A model generated the notes under the pieces. It made no database searches and was not told the DNA's origin. It was given only the letters and a program-made list of their open reading frames with translations. The translations under genes were made by a program, and so were the position numbers. A stretch of DNA of 63,429 nucleotides, filler included, from Octopus bimaculoides (taxonomy: Eukaryota), in NCBI RefSeq assembly GCF_001194135.2. It is 5 parts of 5 records of this genome, joined end to end, with 100 filler letters (N's around TTAATTAATTAA, not from the genome) between each part and the next. Parts side by side here need not be neighbours in the genome. Positions count along the whole stretch, not along the records: positions 41,774 to 60,152 come from NC_068987.1; positions 60,253 to 63,429 come from NW_026420577.1; 3 more parts are not named here. One strand, written 5' to 3'. This document shows, piece by piece, positions 51,830 through 63,429 of this stretch (within the stretch, counting starts at the first letter, position 1; the number at the start of each line of letters is the position of its first letter).

Positions 51830-54082
51830 TTGTCTGTTCACTCGCGCTGGTGTTCAGATGTGTTTTTGATTCGCTCCGCTGAGAGGTATTGTTGTGCTAT
51901 TTTGCTGTATTGTTGAACCTTTTCTTGTGTTAGTCGCAAAGACTACCTGTTACAGTAAATTTGTTTGTTTTCCTCCTTGTTTCAAGGGGGAAAGAAAATT
52001 TTATTATGAATTTGTCACCTATTTCCTCCGAGGAGGGGGAAAATTTCGACATATTACTACAAGCCATGTTTGAAAATAGGCCTAAAGAAATTGAGACTTG
52101 AACGGGTAGAAGATGTATCTGTTTTAAAGGCCAAAGAAAATATTGTGCCTGGTAAACAGGCGGAAAAAGCCAAAGGTGAATTTTGCTGCAGCAGCAGCAC
52201 GTTTAAGTGAAGACATGAATATCAAAAAGGAAGAGCTACAGAAATATAAAGGGCTACTTCACAAGGAGGGATATGATGTTAAATTGGTCCCTCCAAGTCA
52301 GATAATGCAGACAACTGAAAGGAAGACGTTGATTTACAAAACGTTTCGCGTGAAACACAAAAAAATATACTCCGTATCTAAAGAAGCAATAGAGAAGTAC
52401 TTAAGACCAATATGACAGGAGACCACTTATGTAGCCAGGGGAAGACGGTTTGTGACTGAGGAGGTTCGTTTCCTAGCGAAGAAAAAGCTAGGGAACACTC
52501 CACAGTCAACCTAAAATCTACAGAGGTGGTTCTCCTGCCAACTTACCTCGGAAGGCGGACTTCCAAAGTAAGGGTGAGCGAAATTCGACCAGTAATAGAT
52601 GTGGCATGGCTGGTGGCCGCCATCATCATGGGCCTGGAGGAGAAAATCACCATCCTCCAGGCAACCAGATACCACCACATGAACAGGATAGGACAGGCTC
52701 TCGAAATGATCATCCAAGCCACGCCCCTTGACCTAGAAGAAATCCCCAATTCCATTTTAATTTGGGGAGAACACTAGCCTGAAGGTCCTGGTCGAGGGGC
52801 GCAAGCCAAGATGTTACAAATGTGGTGAGAAAGATCACATCAGGGCAGAATGCGAGAAAGGAAAAAAGAAAGAAGACACACAACAAGAAAGGAAAAACCA
52901 CACCACCAGAAAAAGCAACCGCAGTGCCCCTACATACCAAAGAACAACCGGCACCGCGGGAAGACACTAATAACCAGAAGTGGGTAACCGTTGGACCGTC
53001 AAAGAGAAGACGGAAACGTAAAGACCCCCACCTCATCGGATACACAGACTTATGCACCCACAGAGACACGCACAAGCACACACACACTTACACACACACC
53101 CACAAATGTATACGCAACACACAAGTATAAAAAAACACACACACACTCACAAACACACACGCACACACAAACACACACGCGACCACAAATACACAGGCAT
53201 CCACGAACACACATGCACACAAAAATACACACGCATCCACAAACACACATACAAGCACACACGCACCTACAAACACACGTATCTACAAGCACACATGCAT
53301 CTACAAGTACACACGCACCCTAAAACACACACACGCATCAACAAGCACACACACACACACATACATACACATACACACACACGCGCGCGCTCCTCACCAA
53401 TCGCCCATTAAAAAAAAGATTGACAACTTAACGGCAATGAACAACAATAAACTCTTAAAAGAAAAAATTAAAGAAATTACGTCAGCAAAAAGATACAAAA
53501 TAACAGAGACAATTTTAGTACCGCCACATGTCGAATTTTACAGCATTGACAGTAATCATTATAATGAACTTTAAAATTATTTGCGGAGGACGTGGACCCA
53601 GTACAGATGAATTTCTCAAGTCATCGCCTTCGCCGGCTTGTCCAAGATGCGGGTAGGACAGTGAAACTGTTCTGCATGTGATAGTGTAATACCTGAAGGT
53701 ACCGGAACTCAGGGCTTATGTCGAACACCTGCTGTTAACATTTTCATTGTCCCCATGAAAAGAAAAATAAGGCTGGAGAAGAAATGCCTGTCGAAGAAAT
53801 GCCAAAGTGTGTTTCGTAAAAGATGAAAGTTTGTGACAAGTATGTTGAGAGTGAAAGAACCTGTTTATGCGAGAACATAAAAAGTCTTCAGTGTGAGAAT
53901 GTGGTTTGTGGTGTCAAACACGCCCTCCGCCTCATTTTGTTAATCATACATTTGTTTTTATTTTGTATTTTTTAAATTGTTCATTCATGCTGTTAATCTC
54001 AATCGATCCCCGACCTCTTATTTGTTTGTCTGTCCTTGTATCGTCCCTTCTTTCTTGAACCTATATGGTAAATAAAGAAAAT
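51830..54082 (+). mobile_element. Tx1/L1-like LINE retaining ORF1 and only the two ends of ORF2
   Basis: ORF1 from about 52006 with VLVEGRKPRCYKCGEKDHIRAEC (CCHC, 52812-52853); ORF2 start MNFKIIC (53564) in frame with CPRCG*DSETVLH; C-terminal KRKIRLEKKCLS-like region; 3' UTR ending aaataaagaaaa. Confidence 0.82.
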
Positions 54083-54458
54083 GACTGTTCAGGAGTTTCT
54101 CCGCTTTTTGACGAGTCTTATTTTTCATCCCGCAGGATGTCGAACAGCACCCTCCTCACCAAGCAAACCTGGTGGGGTTGCCAGTTTAGTCGCCGACGAC
54201 CCGACCATGCGACAGGTTGCACTGGATTACATGTTTCCTGTAGCACTCAAGAGCGACCTGACATAACATACATACATACATACATACATACATATGTATA
54301 TAGTTTATATTTTAGAGACAGATGTTCCCTATACGTAGAAACACTTCAAAGTGATCAAGAGATTAGAACTTGAGCCGTTAGATCAGTAAGGTAACGACAA
54401 GCAAACTAAAGTACGTCTAAAAAATGGTATCACAAATAAGATAGACAAAGTTTTAAAA

Positions 54459-54540
54459 GTCCTACGGCCGTTTCAGGGTCCTGATATATGACAGATATTA
54501 GGGACCATTATTGATTAACCTCGCCCCTTTCTTCAAGGGA
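54459..54540 (-). ncRNA. Variant hammerhead with a long stem II insertion
   Basis: tcc-CTTGAAGA-A-AGGG[about 46 nt with hairpin]CCCT-GAAA-C-GGCC-G-TA-gga. Confidence 0.5.
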
Positions 54541-55127
54541 AAAAAATTTGTATTGAAATTTTTCATTTGAAATGTTGGCAAGATGGAGGTTAAGAATTGA
54601 ATGATTTTCCAGAGAGCTACACCTATTAGGAAGTTGGGGGTGTTTAGAGAGTAACAGAGGGATGGAGGAAATATATTTCAAGATCATGATGAGGCTATTG
54701 ATAGTAGTAAAGGTGAAAAGTGGTAAAGGAGTGGAGTGGTTTAGGTAATGTGTCAGTAGTTGAAGGTTAAATTAATAAAAAAGAGATGGTTATTAAAGAA
54801 TTAATTGGTTCAATAAGAGATAAGGAGTATGATGGGGTTGTTAAAATTGTTGTTAGTAGGACGAGAAATTGGACCCGATAATGGACCCTGATATCTGTCA
54901 AATGTCAGGACCACCAAGCCCCCTGAAAAGGCATAAGTATTCTTAATATTCATACACGTTTACATTTTTTTCGATTAAATGTATCTTTACTTATATATGT
55001 GTATATGTGTGTGTGTGTGTATTGTATACACATTAGCATTCCTCTAAATCATCAATAGATTTCTATAGTAAATGCATACTCGTACATACTGACTAGCGGG
55101 ATTAGCCGACACCAGCCGATCGGACAG

Positions 55128-55181
55128 CTTTCACTGACGAAGCGTACGGAAATACGCGAAACTAGACGTTTAGTCTGAAAG
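55128..55181 (+). ncRNA. Type I hammerhead ribozyme, apparently intact
   Basis: Stem I CTTTCA/TGAAAG; core CTGACGA; extra A; stem II GCGTA(CGGAAA)TACGC; GAAA; stem III CTAG(ACGT)TTAG; GTC cleavage triplet, predicted cut after 55175. Confidence 0.85.
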
Positions 55182-55558
55182 ATTCTCGATTCGGTCATGG
55201 GATGGTTTCTTCTCTCACCGTATGTATATACATTCGCGCTCTTCCTACAGTACCAGGGGTATTTTATTCCTATTTCTAGCAATGTAGGTGTCTTGATATT
55301 CTTAGGCACATTTAGTGACGATTGAATCTTTCCTTTACGGTATTTATGTTGCACCTAGGTGTTTATATTAATTATATATANNNNNNNNNNNNNNNNNNNN
55401 NNNNNNNNNNNNNNNNNNNNNNNNNNNNNNNNNNNNNNNNNNNNNNNNNNNNNNNNNNNNNNNNNNNNNNTATATATATATATAATTAAAGAAATTATAT
55501 ATATATATGTGTGTGTGGGTGTGTGTATGAACGTATATTATATAATATACACCCTCTA

Positions 55559-55785
55559 CAGTGATTCTCAACTAGGGTCCATATAAGGTTTTATTGTTAA
55601 AATCTATGTGCAATAAACTGTTTATATTTCTACAATGCACAAAATATTTAAACATCCTTTTGTACAATTCTGAATTATATATAATCATAAAAAAATAGGA
55701 ATTTTTATACTATGAGTGTCGCACCCCATGAATGAAATAGGAATAAAAAGGTGATCCATAGGCAAAAAATGGTTGAGAACCACTG
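55559..55785. mobile_element. hAT (Charlie/Tip100-type) MITE
   Basis: Terminal inverted repeats cagtgattctcaac / gttgagaaccactg; no clean 8-bp target duplication. Confidence 0.6.
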
Positions 55786-56711
55786 TTGTAAAGATTCAAT
55801 AAATTGGCACATTTATATACTATGCTATGTACCTCCAAGCAATCTCTCAGGCTCAGTGCATATCGTTAGATGTATCTAAAAACCAGGACGCTAGTCCATG
55901 AGAAAATACGTATGGGGAAAGAAACCAGAAGAATAAAATGCAAAGAAGGTTGATGCAAAATGTGGAATGAGAAGAACGAAAAGAAAAGTAAGAAAACCAA
56001 GATCTTCGTCCACTGCAAACATATAAATATATATTTTTACTTATGCGAGTGTGCTCATGTGTATGGGCGTTATACATGCCTATATGCATGCACACATGTA
56101 TATGTGCATATGCATGTATGTATGTACATATGTATCTATATATATATATATGTATATAAATATATATGTGTGTGTATGTGTGTGTGTATATATATATATA
56201 TATATACACATATATATACATATATATATACACTTACACACAACCTACAATGGGCATATGTGAGTTTGTGCATGTGTGTATGTGCGCGCGCGCACTATAC
56301 TTTCTTTTTGTACAATGATTTTCAGTGGCGACAATTATAACAGCTATGTGTGGGAGTATAAGTATATGCATGCATGATAATGTGTATGTGTGTGTTTGTG
56401 CGTGCGTGTGTGTACACATACCATTCTATGTCTTTTTTTGCACAAGTGATCTTCATAGCAGCAATTATAGCAGGTGTGTGTGGGTGTATTAGAAAAATAT
56501 TGATTTTCATCAAAACTCTCGTTTGCATTGCAGAGTTTTATGTTTATCTTGTCATAAATGAGAAATCTGTCTCGTCGCCATATTGGAAGATCATCTTCAG
56601 AAACAGTGTACCCAAAAATCAATACTGTTGCTGCTGGCTAAAGCTAAGTCTGCCTTTATAGAACTGATCTATGATAAATGCTACTCTGACGGTGACTATT
56701 CCGTCTTTTTC

Positions 56712-56935
56712 TTATCTTTTACTTGTTTCAGTCATTAGACTGCGATCAAGCTGGGATGCCACCTTGAGGAATCTTTCTTGTTCGAACTAGTTAACTCCAG
56801 TACATATTTCCTTTTTAAACCTGGTTTATTATATCGGTTCTTTTGCCGAACTGCTTAGTTATGGGGGACATAAACACACTAACACCAGTTGTCAAGCAGC
56901 GGTGAGGGACAAACACAAATACAAAAACACACACA

Positions 56936-56974
<39 letters not shown>

Positions 56975-57142
56975 GTATACGACGGCCATCTTTGAGTTTC
57001 CGTCTACCAAATCCAATTACAAGACTTTGGTCATCTCGGTACTATAGTAGAAAACACTTGCCCAAGATGCCACACAGTGGGAGTGAACCTGGAAACATTT
57101 GGTTGGGAAACAAGCTTCTTACCACACAGCCACGCCTGCGTC
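56712..57142 (-). mobile_element. SINE family B, near-complete (tRNA head, central domain, (TA/CA)n, 3' domain)
   Basis: Minus-strand head gcaggcgtggctgtgtggtaagaagc..ccaggttcactcccactgtgtggcatcttgggcaagtg. Confidence 0.85.
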
Positions 57143-58477
57143 TATCACTAAAGTTCGCCTATAGAATTCTATGTTTTTCCTTTTGCTTTTTTTCAGACGC
57201 TTGAGTGTGGTAGTACGATATGCAATAGATATGCTGTGTTCGGAACGTCGAGTGACTACATAGTGACTCCTCATCGATTATTCTCTTTTATGCTATCTCA
57301 TCTCAAACCTGGACCACACCAGACGAATAACACGTGGATGGAGATTACGTACTACTCGGAAAAGCTTATTTTTTATGGGTGGTGGGTTTGAAGCTGATTT
57401 CAAGTTGCCTAGGATTAACACACACACACACACACACACAATGCTTTATTTTCTCCAGTGCGACAATGCAACGTTAACGACTCAAGTACTCACTTTTTTA
57501 AAGTCTGTCTCTTTTGTCGAATGCTAAGTTACGGGGTCGTTAGCAAACCTATATCGGTTGTCAAATGTTCATGGGGTACAAGCACCACACAAACACAAAT
57601 AAACACACATGCACGCAACATACACATATATGTAATATATACATACATGTATGTGTATATATATGTATGTATATATATATGTATATATAACTATACATAT
57701 ATATATATAGTTGATAAGTGGTTAAGAGTCCATACAAATCAAAGATTACAGTTAAAGAGTAAATAAAGCTGGAAAAGTCAAAAAAGTATTCTAAAATATG
57801 CTTTTGTAACTTTTCCAACTTTATTTACTTTTTTAACTATATATATATATATATNNNNNNNNNNNNNNNNNNNNNNNNNNNNNNNNNNNNNNNNNNNNNN
57901 NNNNNNNNNNNNNNNNNNNNNNNNNNNNNNNNNNNNNNNNNNNNNNNNNNNNNNNNNNNNNNNNNNNNNNNNNNNNNNNNNNNNNNNNNNNNNNNNNNNN
58001 NNNNNNNNNNNNNNNNNNNNNNNNNNNNNNNNNNNNNNNNNNNNNNNNNNNNNNNNNNNNNNNNNNNNNNNNNNNNNNNNNNNNNNNNNNNNNNNNNNNN
58101 NNNNNNNNNNNNNNNNNNNNNNNNNNNNNNNNNNNNNNNNNNNNNNNNNNNNNNNNNNNNNNNNNNNNNNNNNNNNNNNNNNNNNNNNNNNNNNNNNNNN
58201 NNNNNNNNNNNNNNNNNNNNNNNNNNNNNNNNNNNNNNNNNNNNNNNNNNNNNNNNNNNNNNNNNNNNNNNNNNNNNNNNNNNNNNNNNNNNNNNNNNNN
58301 NNNNNNNNNNNNNNNNNNNNNNNNNNNNNNNNNNNNNNNNNNNNNNNNNNNNNNNNNNNNNNNNNNNNNNNNNNNNNNNNNNNNNNNNNNNNNNNNNNNN
58401 NNNNNNNNNNNNNNNNNNNNNNNNNNNNNNNNNNNNNNNNNNNNNNNNNNTATATATATATATATATTCTTATATTC

Positions 58478-58575
58478 TTTTATTCTTTTACTTGTTTCAG
58501 TCATTTGACTGCAGCCATGCTGGAGCACCACCCTGAAGTGTTTTTGTCGAATAATTCCACCCCAGGATTTATTTT
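58478..58575 (-). mobile_element. SINE family B 3' domain fragment
   Basis: cttttacttgtttcagtcatttgactgcagccatgctggagcacc. Confidence 0.75.
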
Positions 58576-58583
58576 TATATATA

Positions 58584-59801
58584 TCAGGCCATTCCATAAG
58601 TAATGTCTGAATTTTGGGTACGGAAAAAAAAGTTATCTAATTTTACATTTTATTAGAATTTAATTCTGTATATATTTACCATCATTATTGATGACTTCCT
58701 TCCATCTACTCATCAGTTTTTTTTTTTAATTCCATTGGTGAAAAATTCTTTTGGTTTTGATGAGAAGAAGGAAGAGAGGTCAGTTTCGACCTCTTTGTAA
58801 CTTTTGAATACTAATCCATCTAAATGAATTTGTAAGCTTCGAAACAGATGGCAATCAGAAGGAGCGAGACCGGGGAATAAGGCAGGTGGGGAATTTTTTC
58901 CCATCTAAGTTCTTCGATTTTTTCTGCTGTAGTGTGGGACTTGTATTATTATGATGAAACACCACACCCTTACAATTTGCCAAACAAGCTCTTTTTCTTC
59001 AAACGTTCTAATTTGGGCAATAGGTGTGAACAGTAATTGTTTCATTAGTTGGTAGTAGCTCAAACTGGATGACTCCAGTGCAATCTCATCTAACAGAAAG
59101 AAGAACCTTTTTGGGTCATAGTTTAGCCTGTTCTCCACAACTAAGCCACTGCCTACGTCACTTAGCATTTTCATAAAAGATCCACTTTTAATCACCAGAC
59201 ACTAATCTGTCCAAAAATGGTTAGATATATTCACGAGAGTGAGGAGATGAGCAGATGTCGACTCGTGATTTTTGGTTAGAGAATTCATTTCCCGAGTTTA
59301 GACACCTTTCCACGCTGCTGAAGAAGGCGTCGAACAGTTGAATGACTTGAATTGAGCTTGCTTCCCAGTTCTTCAACTGTCACAGCATTATCCTTCTCAA
59401 GCTCTGGCATAAGAAGCTCATCATCAAATTCAACAGGGCGTACTATTCGTAGCTTCCCTCTTAGGCTGAAATCACCATTTTTGAAGTTTGCAAAACATTT
59501 GCAACCTTTTTCGTTGCAAACCTTCTTCTGCAACTTCTTTCGTTCAAGCTGCTACTGCACAATTCCCTTTTCTGCATTCATAAAGCATTATATGTTCCTT
59601 CATTACGTCGATCTTTGAGAGGTTAGTATAAGTAATTAATTCAGTCAGATTATATGCTGTAAAAAGAAATTATATTATGTTAAAGCTTTCCAAATTCATA
59701 TGAGTAACACAATCAATACTATTTGACATTTTAATAATACTGTAAGATTTTATGGAAATTACATATATGACATTTCGGACATTATTTACGAGATGACCTG
59801 G
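58584..59801 (-). mobile_element. Complete but decayed mariner (Tc1/mariner) transposon
   Basis: Imperfect TIRs tcaggccattccataagtaatgtctga and (reverse complement) ccaggtcatctcgtaaataatgtccga, both flanked by TA; remnants LVSGD*KWIFY and PGLAPSDCHLFRSLQ; 1218 bp. Confidence 0.92.
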
Positions 59802-60152
59802 TATGTATGTATGTATATCATTTTTATATTATGATTAGAGATAGCGAATACTGTATGAGTAATTTGCCGTGTTAAATACAAGGCATGTAGCTTGAGAGAG
59901 AGGTTTTAAAATGTTCGAGTCAATCGATCAAACCACCATGAATATATCAATCAAACTTAGATCATCATTTATAGTATTACCTACTGCTGCCTCTTTCTAT
60001 CTGTCTGTCTGTCTTGTGTGTCTTGCCTGCCTTGTCTGTTTTGCCTATCTATCTATCTATCTATCTATTTGATATATATATATATATCAATCTATCTGTT
60101 TCCTTGTTTCCTTCTGTGCATATATGTATGTGGATATATATATATATATATA

Positions 60153-60252
60153 NNNNNNNNNNNNNNNNNNNNNNNNNNNNNNNNNNNNNNNNNNNNTTAA
60201 TTAATTAANNNNNNNNNNNNNNNNNNNNNNNNNNNNNNNNNNNNNNNNNNNN
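60153..60252. other. Artificial 100-bp scaffold spacer
   Basis: 44 N + TTAATTAATTAA + 44 N. Confidence 0.95.
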
Positions 60253-60299
60253 GTGGTTGCTTAGATAAAAATATTTAATAAGACATCTTGTAATTTCTG

Positions 60300-63200
60300 G
60301 AATAGATTTGAAATAAATATATAATTCAATATATACACAAATAAATATATATAAAATATATATATATAGATAAATAAATATATAAATAAATATATATATA
60401 TAGATAAATAAATATATAAATAAATATATATATAAACAAATAAATATATATATAAATTTATAAAGAAATAAATATATACTTAAATATATATATAAATAAA
60501 TATATATATAAATAAATATATATATATAAATAAATATATATATATAAATAAATATATATATATAAATAAATATATATATAAATAAATATATATATAAATA
60601 AATATATATATATATATATGAATAGATAAATAAATATATAAATAAAAAAATATATAATTAAAATAAATGTATATAAATAAATAAATATATAAATAAATAT
60701 ATATATATATATAAATAAATAAATATAAAAATAAATACATAAATATATATATAAATAAATATATAAATAAATATATGAAAATATATATATATAAATAAAT
60801 ATATTAATAAATATATATATATAAGTAAATAAATATATAAATAAATAAATAAATAAATATACATTTAAATAAATAAATATATAAATAAATAACTAAATAT
60901 ATATATAAATAAATATATATATAAATAAATAAATATAAATAAATATATATATAAATATATATATAAATAAATAAATATATATATAAATATATAAAGAAAT
61001 AAATATATACATAAATAAATGTATAATTAAATATATATATATAAATAAATATATATATATATATGAATAAATAAATAAATATATAAATAAAAAATATATA
61101 ATTAAAATAAATAAACATATAAATAAATAAATATATATATATAAATAAATAAATATAAAAATAAATACATAAATATATATATATATATATAAATAAATAT
61201 ATAAATAAATATATGAAAAAATATATATATATAAATAAATATATAAATAAATAAATAAATAAATATACATTTAAATAAATAAATATATAAATAAACAAAT
61301 ATATAAATATTTCAATAAATATATCAATAAATAAATATACATATAAATAATTAAATATAAAAATAAATATGTAAATGAACAGATAAATAGATAAATAAAT
61401 ATATGTATGAATAAATAAATATATATAAATAAATAAGTATATATTTATAAATATAAAATAAATAAATAAATAAATAAATATATTAATAAATATATAAGTA
61501 AATAAATAAATATATAAATAAATAAATTTAAAAAAATATAAATGAATAAATATATATATAAATGAGGAAATAAATATATAAAAAAATATATACATAAATG
61601 AATAGATATAAATAAATATATATATTTAAATAAATAAATATGTAAGTAAATAAATATATATCTAAATTAATATATAAATATATATATATATATATAAATA
61701 TATATATATGAATAAAAAAATGAACATATAAATAAACACATAAATAAATATACATATAAATAAATAAATATATATAAATAAATATATATATAAATAAAAA
61801 GATAAATAAATAAATAAATAAAAATACAAATAAATAAATATATACATAAAAAAATTAAAAAATATATAAATAATTAAATAAATATATAAATAAATAACTA
61901 TATATAAATAAATATATATATAAATAAGTAAATATATAAATAAATATATAAATAAACATAAATATATAAATAAATATATATATAAATAAATAAATATATA
62001 AATAAATATATATATATATAAATAAATATACATATATGAATAATAAATGTATATATAAATAAATATATATATAAATAAATATATATATAAATAAATATAT
62101 ATATATGTAAATACATAAATAAATATATATATACATATAAATAAATATATAGTTAAATATATATATAAATAAATAAATATGTAAATAAATATACAAATAA
62201 ATATACAAATAAAGAAATATATAAATATATAAATAAAAATATAAATACATATATTTACATTATGAATAAAAATGTGAATATATAAATAAATATATATATA
62301 AACAAATAAATAAATATGGAAATATATAAATAAATATATATATATATGAATAAATAAATATATATATATATAAATAAATATATAAATAAATAAATATATA
62401 AATGAATACATAAATAAGTATATAAATAAATATATAAATAAATATATGAAAAAATATATATATATAAATAAATATATAAATAAATATATATATAAGTAAA
62501 TAAACATATATAAATGCATTAAATAAATATACATTTAAATAAATAAATACATAAATAAACAGATAAATATATATATGAATAAATAAATAAATACACAAAT
62601 ATATATATAAATATATATATACGTAAATATAAAATTAAAAAAAATATATAAATAAATAAATTTATAAATAATATAGATATAAATAAATAAATATATGTAT
62701 AAATAAATGAATAAATAAACAAATATATATAAATAAATAAATATATAAATTAGAAAATATATAAATAAAAATATAAATAAAAATATAAATAAATAAATAT
62801 ATATATTAATATATAAATAAATATATATATAAATAAATATATATATGAATAAATAAATCTATACAAATATATGTATATATATATAAATAAATATAAAATA
62901 AATAAATAAATATATAAATATATAAATAAATATATATATATAAATAAATAAATATATATAAACAGATATATATAAATAAATATATATATAAATAAATATA
63001 TATATAAATATATATATACATATAAATAAATACGGAAATAAATATATATATATATATAACAATAAATATATCAATAAATAAATAAATGTACATATTCATA
63101 AATAAATATATGAATAAATAAATATATAAATAAAAATAGATAAATATATAAATAAATACATAAATGAATATATATATAAATAAATAAAAAAAATATAAAT

Positions 63201-63429
63201 AAATAAATATATAAATAAGCAAATAAATATATAAATAATTAAATAAATATATAAATAAATGAATAAATATACATTTAAATAAATAAATAAATAAATATAT
63301 AAATAAACAGATAAATATATAAATAAATATATACAAATATATATATATAAATACACAAATATATATATAAATAAATATAAAATAAATAAATAAATATATA
63401 AAAAAATAAATATATAAAAAAATATATAT
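60300..63429. repeat. AT-only low-complexity array (AAAT/AT mosaic)
   Basis: Almost only A and T for 3.1 kb; source of all YIYLF-type ORFs. Confidence 0.97.

Noticed and set aside
54085-54270. CpG-rich segment resembling an RTE 5' UTR or ribozyme
   Set aside because: I could not build a consistent HDV, twister or hammerhead fold, and no ORF follows.
56563-56691. Symmetric 129-bp candidate exon EICLVAILEDHLQKQCTQKSILLLLAKAKSAFIELIYDKCYSD
   Set aside because: It needs a rare GAG acceptor, and the resemblance to nuclear-receptor helices is too weak to call.
60480-63356. Many YIYLF-type ORFs up to 290 aa
   Set aside because: Translations of an AT-only low-complexity array.

Overview
Eukaryotic, repeat-dominated, AT-rich sequence. 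The SINE families, microsatellite load and LINE types look like an octopus (coleoid cephalopod) draft genome; this is pattern recognition, not a database hit. The window is not one contiguous locus. Four identical artificial 100-bp spacers (44 N + TTAATTAATTAA + 44 N, starting at 15271, 25218, 41674 and 60153) split it into five blocks, and there are many ordinary N gaps. The only host gene I can support is two minus-strand exons of a focadhesin (FOCAD) ortholog (20649-20807, 17975-18128), in the CpG-poor 15.4-25.2 kb block. The rest is transposon-derived or simple repeat. It includes an RTE LINE fragment with a PHD finger inside its RT domain, and a near-full-length RTE/BovB-like LINE with three C-terminal C2H2 fingers and a candidate 5' HDV-like ribozyme. 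There is also an internally deleted Tx1/L1-like element, a CR1-type RT fragment, Penelope-like fragments, a complete decayed mariner, piggyBac-type and hAT-type MITEs, a Helentron-type element and many tRNA-derived SINEs. The strongest non-standard signals are an apparently intact type I hammerhead ribozyme at 55128-55181, several variant hammerheads, the PHD-in-RT insertion and a decayed pentapeptide-coding 15-bp repeat at 45550-45793. Almost all ORFs in the supplied track are microsatellite or N-gap artefacts. No rRNA, bona fide tRNA or CRISPR array is supported.
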